DNA from: the human T2T-CHM13v2.0 reference genome, Homo sapiens
Strand: one strand, 5' to 3'
Assembly (NCBI RefSeq): GCF_009914755.1
Contig: NC_060934.1
DNA length: 64,000 nucleotides
Shown: positions 12,731 through 26,334 of the stretch, one piece after another
How the letters are laid out: the number at the start of each line of letters is the position of its first letter
Position numbering within the stretch: position 1 is the stretch's first letter
Made by a program: the position numbers and the translations under genes
The notes under the pieces: generated by a model
The model's input: the letters and a program-made list of their open reading frames with translations, nothing else
Told to the model about the DNA's origin: nothing
The model's database searches: none

Positions 12731-15413
12731 TGTGTCTGTGATCCTTCTTAAAGCCTTAGCTGGGCTGCTGAGTCCTGCACTCTAACTGCAGGAAGGGCAG
12801 CTAAGGAAAGCCAAGTGCAACTTGCCAGACAGATGGGATTTTCATGTCTCATCTATCAGGCAAGACATTGTCTCAGTGTACTCAGCAGACTCCTAGACTC
12901 GGGTTCTGGGCTGATGCTGTCAGACATCATAAAAGGAGAGACACTCCTCTCAGCCATGCTCCTAATACCCCTGATAAGCATGCTCCTAATTCATCTACTG
13001 CCCTTAGCAAAGCTGCCGTTTGTGTCTCCGATTTGGTGTCTTTATAGACATCGCCATCCCCTGTTAGTGAATTTGGGGTCTTGAGACGTCATCTGATGAG
13101 GACCTGCTGTTTCACAGAGGAAATATAACTGTCTGTGTGCTTTTTATTATTGTCATGTTTGCTGCTGACATTTCACAGCTTTCATTTATTGAATTTTGAA
13201 GACATTGATTTTTTCTTCATAGCAGAAATTATGGATCAGATAATTGGCCAAATAAGAAAAATTCAGACAGCATTGTTTTTCTAAACATACTGAAAATAAC
13301 GCATGTACCTGGTGAAAAGTGAAGACGTCATGACAGAGGGTCCAGCCCTGCTGTCCAGGCCACCCCCAGGATGGGAGCCCTGAATCCTCATGGGATGTGC
13401 GCTGAGATACAAGGAGGTCCCTGCACACACCTGCCTTTCCCCGCTGCTGGACTCTTGCAAATCATTTCCTGTGAGTGTCAGCCAGCCCACTGCATGTTCC
13501 GAAAGCTCTGCAGAGTGCGCCAATATTCCAGAGTTTCAAAGTAGTGCCCTTTGAAAAGATTTAAACCTGCAAATAAAATTAAATTTGCATTTGAGAATAC
13601 AATGTGTTTTCCTTCTTGAAGGACTTGATGCTTTGGTGAATAAGCATATATTACAAAATTATTCAATCACCCATCACAAGTGGGTGTGTCATTCCAGCTC
13701 TGTGCATCCTTTCAATGACTCCGAGGATGATATCCTCACGGAAGCAGAGTTATTTAACCCCAGTTCACTGATTTCTCAGAGTTGTTTACAAGGCGGCTTT
13801 CCGTGATGTGTCTGCTTGGGTAAGGCATTAAATTATTTCAAGAATCATTTTGGTCTTTGCTCTCAAGTAAAAGTGGTTTTAGAAGGAAACTTCTACCTGG
13901 CCATCGTGTGACAACACTGGCTGCATATCAAGAAAAGTGAGACTTTATTTTTTGCACATGATTTTATACTCATGTATGCTTGAAGGAATATGCAAGCGTC
14001 GTGAGATCTAATCCATACAGAAGTTGAGAATGTGTTTCCATTAGAAGGTAAAGAGCCTCTAGTATTCAAAGCCTTTGATTCAGCGGGCAGGTGCGAACGG
14101 TGGAGGACTGTGCTTCTCGCTTGCAGACACCTCGAATTATTTTTCTTTAGCTCCCTCTGTGCTTTCAGGGAGCCTGCGTGAGTTAAGCCTCTCCTTGTAG
14201 TGATTTCCCGATGCCCAGCAAGGCCGAAGCTCTCATTTCCTTTAGGAGTGTTGTTTTTTTTTTCTCAATGAAGGATGAATTTTCTAAATCCATAATTACA
14301 CCTGACCATGATGGCAGCTTCTCTGTTAAGGGCTTGGAAAGTACCTTGTTAATTACTTGACTTATTTTGTCAACATTTTTTCATGTTCTCCCCACCCCTT
14401 GCCAAAAAAAAAAAAAAAAAGGATGGAGAATCTCATTTTTGCTTCAGCGTCTCTTCTGTGATGATTTCTTGCTTTTCAATTCACGTTTGGAAAAATGTTT
14501 TCATTTAAACAACCTCCCTATTTAAAAAATTTAACAGTAATACCTGCTTTTTGTAATGAGTGAAGATAATACAATAAGGATGTATGAAGTCAAAGCTAAT
14601 TAATCATTCTTCTCCCCCATCCCCTTTCTATCCATCCCCTTTAGATTACTCAGTAATGTCGACAGCTTGCTGTATGTCTTTAGACACCTTACTTCTTGTT
14701 TGTGTGTACCCATGAAAGCTTTTATATGCATAGATATTTCTTTTACATGTATTTCAAAAAGCTCAGAATATTGTTGGGAAGGGAAGAGAGAGAAAAATGT
14801 TTTCTTTGATTTTTAAGACAGTACTTGGAAGTTAAGTGTGGGCATCAGTGTAAGTAAGAAGTAGGATGCTAGAGACAGAAAGAACAAGATGGGTAGTTTT
14901 TCTTTTTATTCAAAGCAATCAGTGATATGTTCTAATGCTTTGGAAAGGTTCTATGCCTAGAATGTTCCCAAGAAAGGTCTGATTTATTCTTCATAAAGTA
15001 CTTTTGTGTACTTCTGAGCTAGGGTGGAATTTACATGGTTTGGAATCATTTTTGGGGGTGTTTTTCAAAATGTTTGATTGGAATAGTGATAAGTTCTCTT
15101 TAAAGAGATTGATCACGTGAGATTGGGTAACACCAAGATGAACAGAATGAAAAATGTTTCCCTATAGCAGTGCTTTCAGAAACGTGAATACATTAATGTA
15201 CACCAAGCATTTGTAGAAGAGGGATTAGGGCTCAGCATTACAGTGTTTTCCTAACTTTCCTTACTCACAGGCTCCTTATTTATTTATTTTTTGTTAGGCT
15301 GCCGTGGCCAGCGTTCCAGGAAACACACTTTGGGAAATGACGCTCCTTTGGCTGTGTAGCGCACAAGGGGCTGTGAGCTTCCCCTGTAGACGTTTCTGCC
15401 TTATTCCAGCTGA

Positions 15414-15740
<327 letters not shown>

Positions 15741-15744
15741 TTTT

Positions 15745-16320
15745 TTTCACTTTTAAATCAAAACAGATCATTCATACAAGAGAAGAAATACATATGTAGA
15801 GATGACAAATCATTCAGTGGGCCTCTCTGTAATGCTTCCCGCTCCAGTCCCTGAGTAGCTCCCCCCGCCCAGCTGTGCACGTCTTCTTCTTTGTGATGTG
15901 GTCTCTACACAGATTTGGGATTCATTTTCCCTCGCTTCTCTTTTTAGTTTTACCACATATTAATGTATCCTTAAACAATATGTTCTTAAGCCTTGCTTCC
16001 TTTTGCCGTTTATAGAAGCAGAGTCAAACAATATATATTTTTCCATGACATGCTTTTAGCTTTCAGCACTGTGGTTTTGCAGTCTCTCCAGGTTGATGGG
16101 TGCAGCTGTGGTCCATTCGTTTTCTTAGCTGAATAATACTCCTGTTGTAGGAATAGATGGCAGCAAGCGTAACCCCTCTTCATGGATGGGTACCTGGGTG
16201 ATGCCAGTGTTTGCTATTAGGACAGCGTGTTAGATCCTGCATTTAGCGATCTCCAGGCACACCTGCAGGAGAGCGCCTCCAGGAAACACACCCCGGGGTA
16301 GGATTGCCAGGCCAACAGGT
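15745..16320 (-). mobile_element. Old L1M (L1ME-like) fragment
   Basis: Degenerate L1 3' motifs (GCTGAATAATACTCC, TTTGCTATTAGGACAG, GGGTAGGATTGCCAGG). Confidence 0.55.
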
Positions 16321-19300
16321 CCTTAAGGCAGATGATTACCTTAGGGAAACAGAGGCCCCCAGTGTTTCTTAGGCTTCAGAAGTGTGGTCTACACAGCAAT
16401 AGTAATATGAAGACTCAGCTACCGTGATTCCTTCTCAGCCACTCCTCCTCTTGTCCTAACCCAGAATCATATTTATGATATTGTCATTTTAAACATATGC
16501 GTGTAGTTTCTATGTGATGGAATATGGTAGTGAGAATCTAAGTATCCAGCCTGGTCACCCGCTCCTTTCCGCCTCACGTGCAGGATGGTTGCCCTCATTT
16601 AATCATCGTGTACAGTCTCCCTCGGGCACCCTGAGCCCTGCATCTGTTTCACCCAGGGCCTCCCTTTGGTTCTCGTTTTGTTCTTTGCCTCTTCCAGGAC
16701 TCCTGCCTCCCTTCCTGCCTCGCTATCAGCCTTCTTTAGAATACATCCCCAGCCACGTTCCACACCCAATGGACAGCTTGTGTAATCATGTTCTCCCACA
16801 TCCCTAGGAGTCCTGGGATCCATGAGTGGCTGTTTGTAAATCTCAGGAAGCTTTCCCTGTCTTCCTGCCCTGCCCTGTCTTCCTTCCCCTGGTCCACTGG
16901 CCTCGGGTTTCCTGCAGCATCCATGGAGCACTAGGGAAGACCCAGCCACGCAGCTCCATGTGATCCCTCTGTGGTCCGCCTGGTGCTACTACTGAAAGGA
17001 GGGTCTCTGTTACTTGGCGCCAAGCATGGCAGGTCCAGTTCCCACGGATAGCCGGGGCATCTAACCAAGATAATTTAGAGCAGAAGCTGTAGCTACATTC
17101 TGTACCTGTTTATCTTGAGTTCCTGCTAGCAGGTACCAATAATGATGGATTGTGAACAAACAGCTCTGCCTTGTTTTTTTAGACCCTGAAATAGACAGGT
17201 TGGCTTTGATAATGCTTTTTGACTGATGGGCACTTTTTGTAACTAAATCCCATTCAAAGGCTTAAAATATGCCGCCCAAGGTTGATTTCAAGATATATTA
17301 AATTGACCTAAAGAAAAATAAGTAGGAAAAAAAGTCCTACCTACATATGGGATGATGTATGGACATTTTCAAAATAGTCACAACCCAACTTTACCATAGC
17401 AAAAACAAGCAAACAACACCCCCCCTCACCCCCCAGAAAACAACAAAAGCAAAAACATCAAAATAATCCCTGCAGTGAAACAAGATTTCCCCTTTATTAC
17501 TAAGTACCTTCAGCCAAAAGGAACTGCACCACTTCATTTAAATGTGGTTCTGAATATTCGTTTGTGTTTGCATTGCTGGATTATCTAACTGCTGCTTTCC
17601 ATCTGAAACGTAAGCCTTCAGAGATGTTGCTCCCCAGTAAACTATCTTAGCTTTGCCAGGACCGGGCCTTCACTGAGTGTAATAGAATCCCTGATCCCCA
17701 GGAGGTAGGGAAGGGGCTGACAATGACATGCATGAATGAGAATGTTTTCTAGAGAGGATGTAGTCTGCCACGTCCTGGAGCTGCTTTAGGGAGAGCAAAA
17801 ACCTGTTTGTATCTTTCATTATATATGCTTTTAAGTACCCAAGTTAGGAAGTAGCTATCTGTGAGCTTTTCTACCAGTCTTCATGCCAAAGTGATAATTT
17901 AGTAAAAAAAAAAAAAAAGAAAAAGAACAAACAAGCCCTCGAAACCAACCTGAAAGCGCAGGATACAGATACTTATGGGCAGAGAGAGACTATTGCCTGT
18001 CTTTGGAAGCATTGCCAGCTATTGCTGGGAAGACCACTCCTGCTTAGAGGGGTGGAATTCTTTCTGAGCTAGCTTGTCCTGGAAGTCTCCGCCCCAAGAG
18101 TGTTCTTGATGCGTGTGCCTTACAGCCATTGGGCTGGGCAACCTCACCTTTCCATTGGCTGGAAAATGAAGAGGATAAACCCCACTCTCATATGTAGGCA
18201 AAAGGTTCCTTTTGATAAAGTCGTGATTTCTCCATCTCAATAATAATAGTAATGCACCCATCCCAACCGCCCCAGAGCTTTGCTGTTCAGGAAACATAGG
18301 CATATCTCAAAGTACCCTTTACCTTAATTTTCAAAATCAGTGCCTTGTCTCATGACTTTTCAAGGTTGGTGAAGTTCTGAAGTACTTAAAAAAAATTGCT
18401 GATTTAATAAACTTGCTAGTTGAATAAAAGAGTCAGACCAAGTAGAAAGTCGTTTTACCACAGATGTGACTTTTTCTTTTTGTGGTGAGTACATGTCGTG
18501 GGCAGTGCATGGGGCCTGTCACAACTGGCATCATTTCCATTTGGTTGAAATCCGAGCCTCTGCATCCTGCCTTGAGATCAGGGCAGAGCCCTTGCTTTTT
18601 AGTTTCATGGAGGCTACATTATAACAGAGAGGAAGAGAGGGAGAGGGAAGGAAAGGAGGAGAAAGAAAGAGAAAAGAAGGGAAGGGGCACAGGCAGGAAA
18701 AGAATAGGAACATTCCAAAGCCATGTCTCAGGACATTAGAGCTAGAACCAGTGTCTGTGCTAATGGGACTCTTGCAAACACCCTCTTATTTCACTTTACC
18801 TGGGGTTAGTTTTTGGTTTCCTGCTTTAACAGATGAAAACAGGTTTTTTAATTGGATTCTGCACATTACCCCTGTGAAACTGCAGAACATAAGCGGTTTA
18901 AGTAGTTTCACACTGGGCTTTATTTCATTAGTGATATGCTGTATGGATTGTAATTCTCATAAACTGATAATATGCTGATTTACTGGAAACCAAATTGACA
19001 AGAAGCCTATCATGTGTATTGGCAGTCTGTTCAGCTTGCTGGACTTGGCCAGGAGACCTTGAGCTCCTAAGATTTTTTCATCCTTCTCTTAAAAAATAGC
19101 AAAAACATATCTTTATTTTCAGTTATTAAATTTTGACTTCACTTAACAGTTTCTTATCTGTTTGCAGAACCACATGGAAGTAATGATAAAGTCTTGTTTC
19201 AGATATATAAGGCCAACATACTAAAAATCTGAGCATACTCAAATATGCTTCTGCATCTTGAAGAATAAGGTTGTCTATATGCTAGTAACATTTATCTGAA

Positions 19301-19334
19301 AAACATGCCACATAGAAATACCTTTATGGGGACT

Positions 19335-19650
19335 TGGCCATAAATTCTTTGCCAAAGCCAATGTCAAGAAGGGTATTAACTAGGTTTTCTTCTAGGATTT
19401 TAATAGTTTGAGGTGTTAACATTTAAATCTTTAATCCAACTCAAGTTAATTTTTTTCATATCACGGAAGTTAAAGGGCCAGTTTTATTTTTATGCATATG
19501 TTAAGCCAGTTATCCCAGAACCATTTATTGAAAAGGAGTCCTTTCCCCATTGCTTTTTTCTTTTTTTTTTCTCAGCCTTGTTGAGGATCAGATGGTTGTA
19601 GGAGTGCAGCTTTATTTCTGAGTTTTCCATTCTATTCTGCTGTTCTAAAT
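19335..19650 (-). mobile_element. L1 ORF2 fragment
   Basis: TAGGTTTTCTTCTAGGATTTTAATAGTTTGAGG...CCATTTATTGAAAAGGAGTCCTTTCCCCATTGC. Confidence 0.85.
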
Positions 19651-20324
19651 ATCTGATAAAATAAAAGTTGAAATTTTTAAAAAAGTATCTTTATGAAATC
19701 TAAAAATTGTGGAAAGTAATTAATCTCATTAATCTAAGAGAATCCTTGTTAATGTATTTGAATACAGATATTTATAGAAATACAACTATAATTTGACCTA
19801 ATATGCAGTAGTATACATGAGACTTAACAATTGAAATTGTTGTTTTATCTAAACAGAATCTGCTCATTTCCTTTTTACACCAGCAATGGTAGAGCCAGAG
19901 AACTTTGGTTCACAATGGAATCATCAAGTCATAAAACTTTTGAACTTCAAGGGATTTTTCCATTTTTTTTTGGTGGGAGGTGGTGATAGGGAAATCTTCT
20001 TCAATGACAATAAGTTAATGACTTGCATTACTTCTTGGCCAAAGTTAAGACTAGAACAGAAGTTTTCCGACTCCCAGTCTGTTCAGTATTTTCCCCATCA
20101 TACCTGTGATTATCAACCTTTTCTCACTCTGCCAACCAAAAATGTTCCCTTGGAATGACTTCTGACTGTTTGTGCTGAAATGAAGCAGTGGTTTTTCAAA
20201 GCTCACACATGACCGTATGGACTCTGCACAGTTGGTGCCATATTAAAATACAATGTCTCTTACCTTTTTTTCCCTCCACTTTCTGTTGTTATTTCCCAAT
20301 CAAAGTAAAACCAGTATTAAGGTC

Positions 20325-20677
20325 TGTCTTAGTTCACTTTGTGATGTTATAACAAAATTACCTGAGACTGGTCATTTATAAAGAACAAAAATTTGTTTCT
20401 CGTGGTTCTGGTGGCTGGGAAGTCCAAAATCAAGGCACCAGCAAGTTTGGTCGTCTGGTGAGGTCTGCTCTCTACTTCCAAGATGGCGCCTTGTTGCTTC
20501 ATCCTCTGGAGGGGAGAAAGCTGTGTCCCCTCCTGGTGGGATGGAAAGGGAAGCCAACCTAGGGCTAAGTGAAACCTCTTTTTTAAGGGCCTTAATCCCA
20601 CCTCTTAAAGGATGCACTTCTTAATACTATCACACTGGCACTGGCAATTTTGGAGGGGGCACATTCAAACTGTAGCA
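20325..20677 (-). mobile_element. MaLR solo LTR (MSTD/MLT1A-like)
   Basis: TGTCTTAGT...TAGCA termini; GGCTGGGAAGTCCAAAATCAAGGCACCAGCA; 5-bp TSD AGG(T/A)C. Confidence 0.88.
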
Positions 20678-21059
20678 AGGACTAACTTCTAGCATATTGT
20701 TTATTTAATTCCCCAAATTAAGTAGTGGGGACTGCAGATTAGTTCTGAAGTTTTCCTTTCAGGAGAAAGTAGAATAAATGGGTAAAGAAGAAACCATAAA
20801 TTCATCTTGGGTGGAAGTGCAGTTTCTGAATATATTCTACACATCCCAACAATTGTGAATGTGCTTTGCCATCTTATCAAAGCAGTATTATATTATAGAA
20901 GGAAAGGCTTTGGTTGAGCATATGGCTATTTCTGAGTTACTTAGCTTTATATTAACTTTCTCATCACCAGTTGGCCTACTTGCTTAGGCCAATTAGTCCT
21001 TGGCCATTTTGTCTATGTGGGCATGCTAGGTCATGTCAGGGCTGATTTTTTCTTCTCAA

Positions 21060-21300
21060 AAATTTTTAATTGTGGTAAAATATATATCACATAGAATTTA
21101 TCACCTTTGCCATTTTAAGTGTACAGTTCAATATTGTGAAGAACATTCACATTTGTGCATGACTAAATTCCAGAACTCTTTTTATGTTATAAGACTAAAA
21201 CTCTCTACCCATTAAATAACAACACCCCATTTCTCCCTCCTCTCAGCACCTGTAGAACCACCATTCTACTTCCTGTCTCTATGAGTTTGGTTACTCTAGG
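21060..21300 (-). mobile_element. L1MB-like 3' end
   Basis: TTTTAATTGTGGTAAAATAT...CCATTTTAAGTGTACAGTTCA...ACCACCATTCTACTTCCTGTCTCTATGAGTTTG. Confidence 0.8.
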
Positions 21301-22000
21301 TTATTGGGCCAATTTTGACAGCCTTTCTTGAGGTGGAATCCTCTTCCCAACATACTTATTTCCATTGCCAACCATGACCCTGCCCATGGAGCTCTATCCT
21401 ACACTCTATCCCATCCCCGTCTTCAGCCCATCCTGTTTGGTGACACCCACCATGGCCCCAGCCCACATCTTCAGCAGGTGCAGAATGTCTCTTAGTGTTG
21501 ACTTACACCCTGGCAGTCCTGTGCACCATTCACAGGATAGTCTTACTTACAGATTGAGAATCTACAGTTTTGAGATCATTATCTTTACATTTCTGTATCC
21601 TCCATCCTTCACAGAGTCTTCAGCACAGAGCATGAGTTCAAAATCAATGCTGGGAGCATTAGGAGAAAATTACAGAGAAAAAAATGTTCAAAGATTTCAT
21701 GTAGTTAAACATTCATTCCTTCCACTTTTGCATCCTAGATTGACCCCTCTTGTGTCTTCCTAGATAAATGGGAAGTTGTCTGTCTCAGTTGATGTGATAT
21801 TTAAATATACCAGAGTTTGGAGTTTGCAGAGAAAGAGTGTGGAGAAGCTAAGTAGGGAAACTTGATGAGTCCCTAGACTGAGGATACAGGAGAATGAAGA
21901 GGAGGCAGGAGTGGGGAGGAAGGAACAGAGAACCAGGAGGCCCAGGGACGTGTGTATTGCAGCAGCTTTGAGTGTGAATGGGCAAGAATGAACTGCACGT

Positions 22001-22177
22001 GGGGCTGCCACATTTAACAAATAAAAATATAAGATATGCAGTCAAATTTTAATTTCAGGTAAAAAAAAAACTTAAGTCTATCCATGCAATATTTAGGATA
22101 TACTTACACTAGAAAAAATGTTGCTTATCTGAAATTCCAATTTTACTGAGTGTCCTGGATTTTGTCTTGCAACCCTA
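22001..22177 (+). mobile_element. MER53 palindromic hAT MITE
   Basis: GGGCTGCCACATTTAACAAATAAAAATA...TTATCTGAAATTCC...GCAACCCTA. Confidence 0.8.
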
Positions 22178-24211
22178 GCTGTAAAGGGAAGAAGGAGCTT
22201 TGTAGGGTAGAGCCAAGCATTGGACAAAGGCATGGATGGAGGAGCGATCGGTGTCCCCAGTCCAGTTCAGTAATATGGAGGGCGGAGGGTGGAGATTACA
22301 AGAATTACAAGCAAAGATGGGGGCCGTAGAATTCCATCTTCTACCTTTAAAGAATTTGCCCTTTTTTTTTTCCCTTTAATTGATTTTTCCCTCTGTTTTT
22401 AAGTTGTTCTCTTTTGAATACTCTGCTTATAGATTTATTTCCTAAACAAGTGCTGTTAAATGGCCTCCACTTCACAGGCTCCATGGAGGAGCAGAGCTCT
22501 CCTCTCTCTATGCCGATGCTTTCAGCATCCTCAGAATAGCAGCTGGAAGGCAGTAGGTTTTATGGGGATAACTGTGCACTCACCAGTTTAGATGTGTGGT
22601 TGCTAAGAGTCACGGTATTTGTTTGCAAACCTGTTGGTACCATTGGTCCATGTTTAGCTTTGTTTAATATACATAAACAAAAAAGTGTAACTGGAAGCTA
22701 TGGTATTTTATTTTTCAATTAGCTATGGAAAGTACAAGAAAATCAAGTTGCTAAGCAATTTCTGTTGAATTGGATGTGGGTGGAACCATTATCAAAGGTT
22801 GGAAGAAATCGTAAAAATGGAGGAGCATTTTATATTCACGTTGTTTTTCCTATGTCTTCAAGTTCTTTAAAGGAACTGAAACTGGAAATTGCAGAAAATG
22901 CATTATGGGTGTGATTTATGAGGTAAAGAAGAGTACACAGTGCATGGTGTGTTGTTATGGCAACCCTAGGAAACTAACATCAAGATCTTAACTCAAGATA
23001 TTGATCCTCATGTATGTTAACGTGAGAGACATGTGTGTCTTGTGTGGAGGGCCTCTCCAGGTGAGAGGGTGGCTGTGCTTTCACTCATGGTCAGCTCCAG
23101 TCTGCTCAGGGAGCTCTGGGCATCCATGTGCCCATGTGTCATCCTTGTGACATCCCTTCAGTGTCAGCTACTTTTATCCTTTGATCAATTGCTCCAGGGC
23201 TCATAATACATGATGTAATTGGTTGGAAACGTGGATGTCCAAAAAGTGCATCAACGCTCAAGGTCATGTGTCCTTTGTTTTGAGGTGTCACTCTGGGCAG
23301 AGCTGTCCGGTGCAACTCAGGGGAAGTGGTGTCCTGGTGAGAACCAAGTCAGAATGTGGCTTGAAATGAGCTCTTGTATGAAGCTGGCAAATTATGGCTT
23401 ATCTTTCCTTTAGTAGGTTTTCTTCATTTATTTCCTTAATTTAATGGAATGCCTTAGTGCTATTTCAATTAAAAAATATTGATGGTAAATGTTTGGGAGG
23501 ACATTCTGCATCCTTTGATGCTCAAGATTTTCTGTTCTCCAAAGCAGTAGAGACATTAGCCTCACTCAAAGGAGAGTAAAATTATGTTCAATGTGTAAAC
23601 TTGCTTGCTGCGTAACAAAGTAATATTATGGCAGGGTGTTTGACAGAGACTCTTTAGCTTAATGAAATTCTATCAGGGAGATGCAGTTTTAATAGCGTCG
23701 TTCATTGCTTTTTGTCCCTGTAGTCTTTAAAGGCTCACATGTGGGGAGGACAGTGGCTGCATCTGAGCTGCCAGCAGCAGTGCAGGAGTTCAGATGTGAA
23801 ATTTCACTCATGCCAGCATTTCCAGCATTTATTTTTAATCAGGATCTGCGCTTACCGATGGCCTGTTAAAAAGGAATTGTGTAATTAGCCTACTAAATCA
23901 CCTTTTCTTCCTCAGTCTCTTCACATCTCTGAAAAACAGCCCCCATATCACTGTGGCTTACTCTCTCTCTCTCAATATGTTGTAGGAACTACAGAAGTTT
24001 CAGCATACCCACAAATACTGGGTTGAATACCTCTTTTCAAACATTAGTTTTTGAAATTGTAGTCAGGTTTTTAAAAAACGGTTGAATCAGAGTATATCAA
24101 ATTGTCATGTTAACGTGGTAACATCATAAACAAGTTTCCTTGGGAGATAAATTTTGTGGTTTCTGTACATAGAGACCACCTTTCTTTTTGGTCGACATTT
24201 CATTCCTCCTG

Positions 24212-24574
24212 TGTTTTTGTTTTGTGTTGTGTTGTGTTGTGTTGTGTTGTGTTGTGTTGTGTTGTGTTGTGTTGTGTTGTGGAGACAGGATCTTGCTCTG
24301 CCACCCAGGCTGGAGTGCAGTGGTATGATCGTGGCTCACTGCGGCCTTGACCTCCTAGGCTAAAGTGATTCTCTCACTTTAGCCTCCCAAGTAGCTGGGA
24401 CTACAAGCACTTGCCACTACGCCTGGCTAATTTTTTTCTTTCTTAAAAATTTTTTGTGGAGATTAGGTCTCACTGTGTTGCCCAGACTGGTCTCAAACAC
24501 CTGGGCTCAAGCGCTCCTTCTGCCTTAGCTTCCCCAAATTCTGAGATTATAGGTGTGAGCCGCTGTGCCGAGCC
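24212..24574 (-). mobile_element. AluJ with a pentanucleotide-repeat tail
   Basis: AluJ-type GATCGTGGCTCACTGCGGCCTTGACCTCCTAGGCT. Confidence 0.9.
24226..24280. repeat. (GTTGT)11 microsatellite
   Basis: 11 perfect pentamer units read directly. Confidence 0.97.
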
Positions 24575-25030
24575 AGTTTCTCCTAGGTTTTAAAAGATTG
24601 ACTTTATAGTTTGGATCTGCAAATAAGTTTTAAAAAATTGTAGAACCTGTTCCCATGTATCCTTCATTCAGTCTCTGCCCTCATTATTGACATTTTGTGT
24701 TACCATGTCACAGTGGTCACAACTGATAAATCAATACTGAAAATCTCTTTGAATTTATAACAATGTCTGATTATTTAGTTTTACTAATCTCAAAATTTGG
24801 AACAACATAAATCAGCAACTTTCAAGGTTTTTTTCTGAAAGAAAGTAGCTTAGAAATGTATACAAAAGCAAATCAACTCAAAGTGTGTGTTTATCATTTA
24901 GAAAGGTAAAAATCTATTTTTCCTATCAAAATTATCTCTTAATGCTTTTTAATTTATTTTCTTGAGTTTAGTAATTCTATCTTGCTAATGTACCTTCAAT
25001 TTCTACTTACTTAGTAGAATGTTAATATTA

Positions 25031-25258
25031 CAGATCGAGCATCCCTAATTGGAAAATTCGAAATCGGAAATGCTCCAAAACCCCAAAATTTTTGTGTGCT
25101 AACATGATGCTCAAAGGAAATGCTTATTGGAGCATTTTGGATTTCAGATGAGAGATATTGAACCGGTAAGTATAATGCAAATATTCCAAACTCTGAAATA
25201 ATCTGCAATCTGAAACATTTCTTGTCCCAAGCATTTTGAATAAGGGATACTCCACTTT
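25031..25258 (+). mobile_element. Tigger4a (Zombi_A/MER46-type) DNA transposon
   Basis: CAGATCGAGCATCCCTAAT...GCTCAAAGGAAATGCTTATTGGAGCATTTTGGATTTC...TAAGGGATACTC. Confidence 0.88.
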
Positions 25259-25876
25259 TATTCTTATTCACCAAGAAACCACCAGAGAAGACATCAAGCA
25301 TCAAGTGAAAGCTACAGATGAGCACTTTACTTTTTTGGGAGTGCTGTTTGTTCGTATAAAGAAGTGAGGCTTTTTAAGAAGTGGCCTTTTTAGGCCTTAG
25401 CACCTTTTTAAGCTGATCACTGTCTCCTTGTCTATAGAGGGGACCCAGGAAATCTTAGGTGACAGTGAGGCTCAGGGTGGAGCTTGGTTACTTGTCTCAG
25501 CATCAAGGGACAGGATCAGGGGAAAGGATGCTGAGCTGTGCTTGTGGGTGAGAAATGAGTTAATTAAGCCCTTTCTGCCATGATAACTCTGGTGTTTGTT
25601 TTCTGCTATTTAGGCTATCAAAGTTAGTTAGTGACTCACAGCAAAAAGAAGATACTGATATTTTCTTGGGTTTTGTTTATAATCATGTTTTGAGCTTATA
25701 TAGACATGCTCTTTCTTAAAATTCATTTATTTGCTTTTCATCCATGGAAAACCAGTTTTTTTTCAATGAGTTATAAAGTATTTAATAAGAAGAGATTCTG
25801 ATTTAATTATATCCAGAGATGGCTTTGGATCATGTTATTTAAGATGGAGAATGACTATTTAGAAATATTAATGTTT

Positions 25877-26334
25877 GGCCGGGTGCAGTGGCACACACCT
25901 GTAATCCTAGTACTTTGGGAGGCTGAGGCAGGCAGGTCACTTGAGGTCAGGAGTTCAAGACCAGCTTGGCCAAACATGTTGAAACCCTGTCTCTAATAAA
26001 AATACAAAAAATAGCCAGGCATGGTGGTACACACCTGTAATCCCAGCTACTTGGGAGGCTGAGGGAGGAAAATCACTTGAACCTGGGAGGAGGTTGCAGT
26101 GAGCCAAGATCATGCCACTGTACTCCAGCCTAGGTGACAAAACAAGACTCTGCTTCAGAAAAAAAAAAAAAAATTGGTGTGGTAGTGCATGCCTGTAGTC
26201 CCAGCTGCTTGGGAGCCTGAGGTAGGAGGATCACTTGAACCCAGTAGGTTAAGGCCGTGGTGAGCTCTGATCACACCCCTATACTTTAGCCTGGGAGAGA
26301 CAGCAAGACCCTGTCTCAAAAAAAAGAAAAGAAA
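25877..26334 (+). mobile_element. Composite Alu: AluS dimer plus an extra AluJ-like right monomer
   Basis: Three monomers inside one 15-bp TSD, AGAAATATTAATGTT. Confidence 0.9.
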
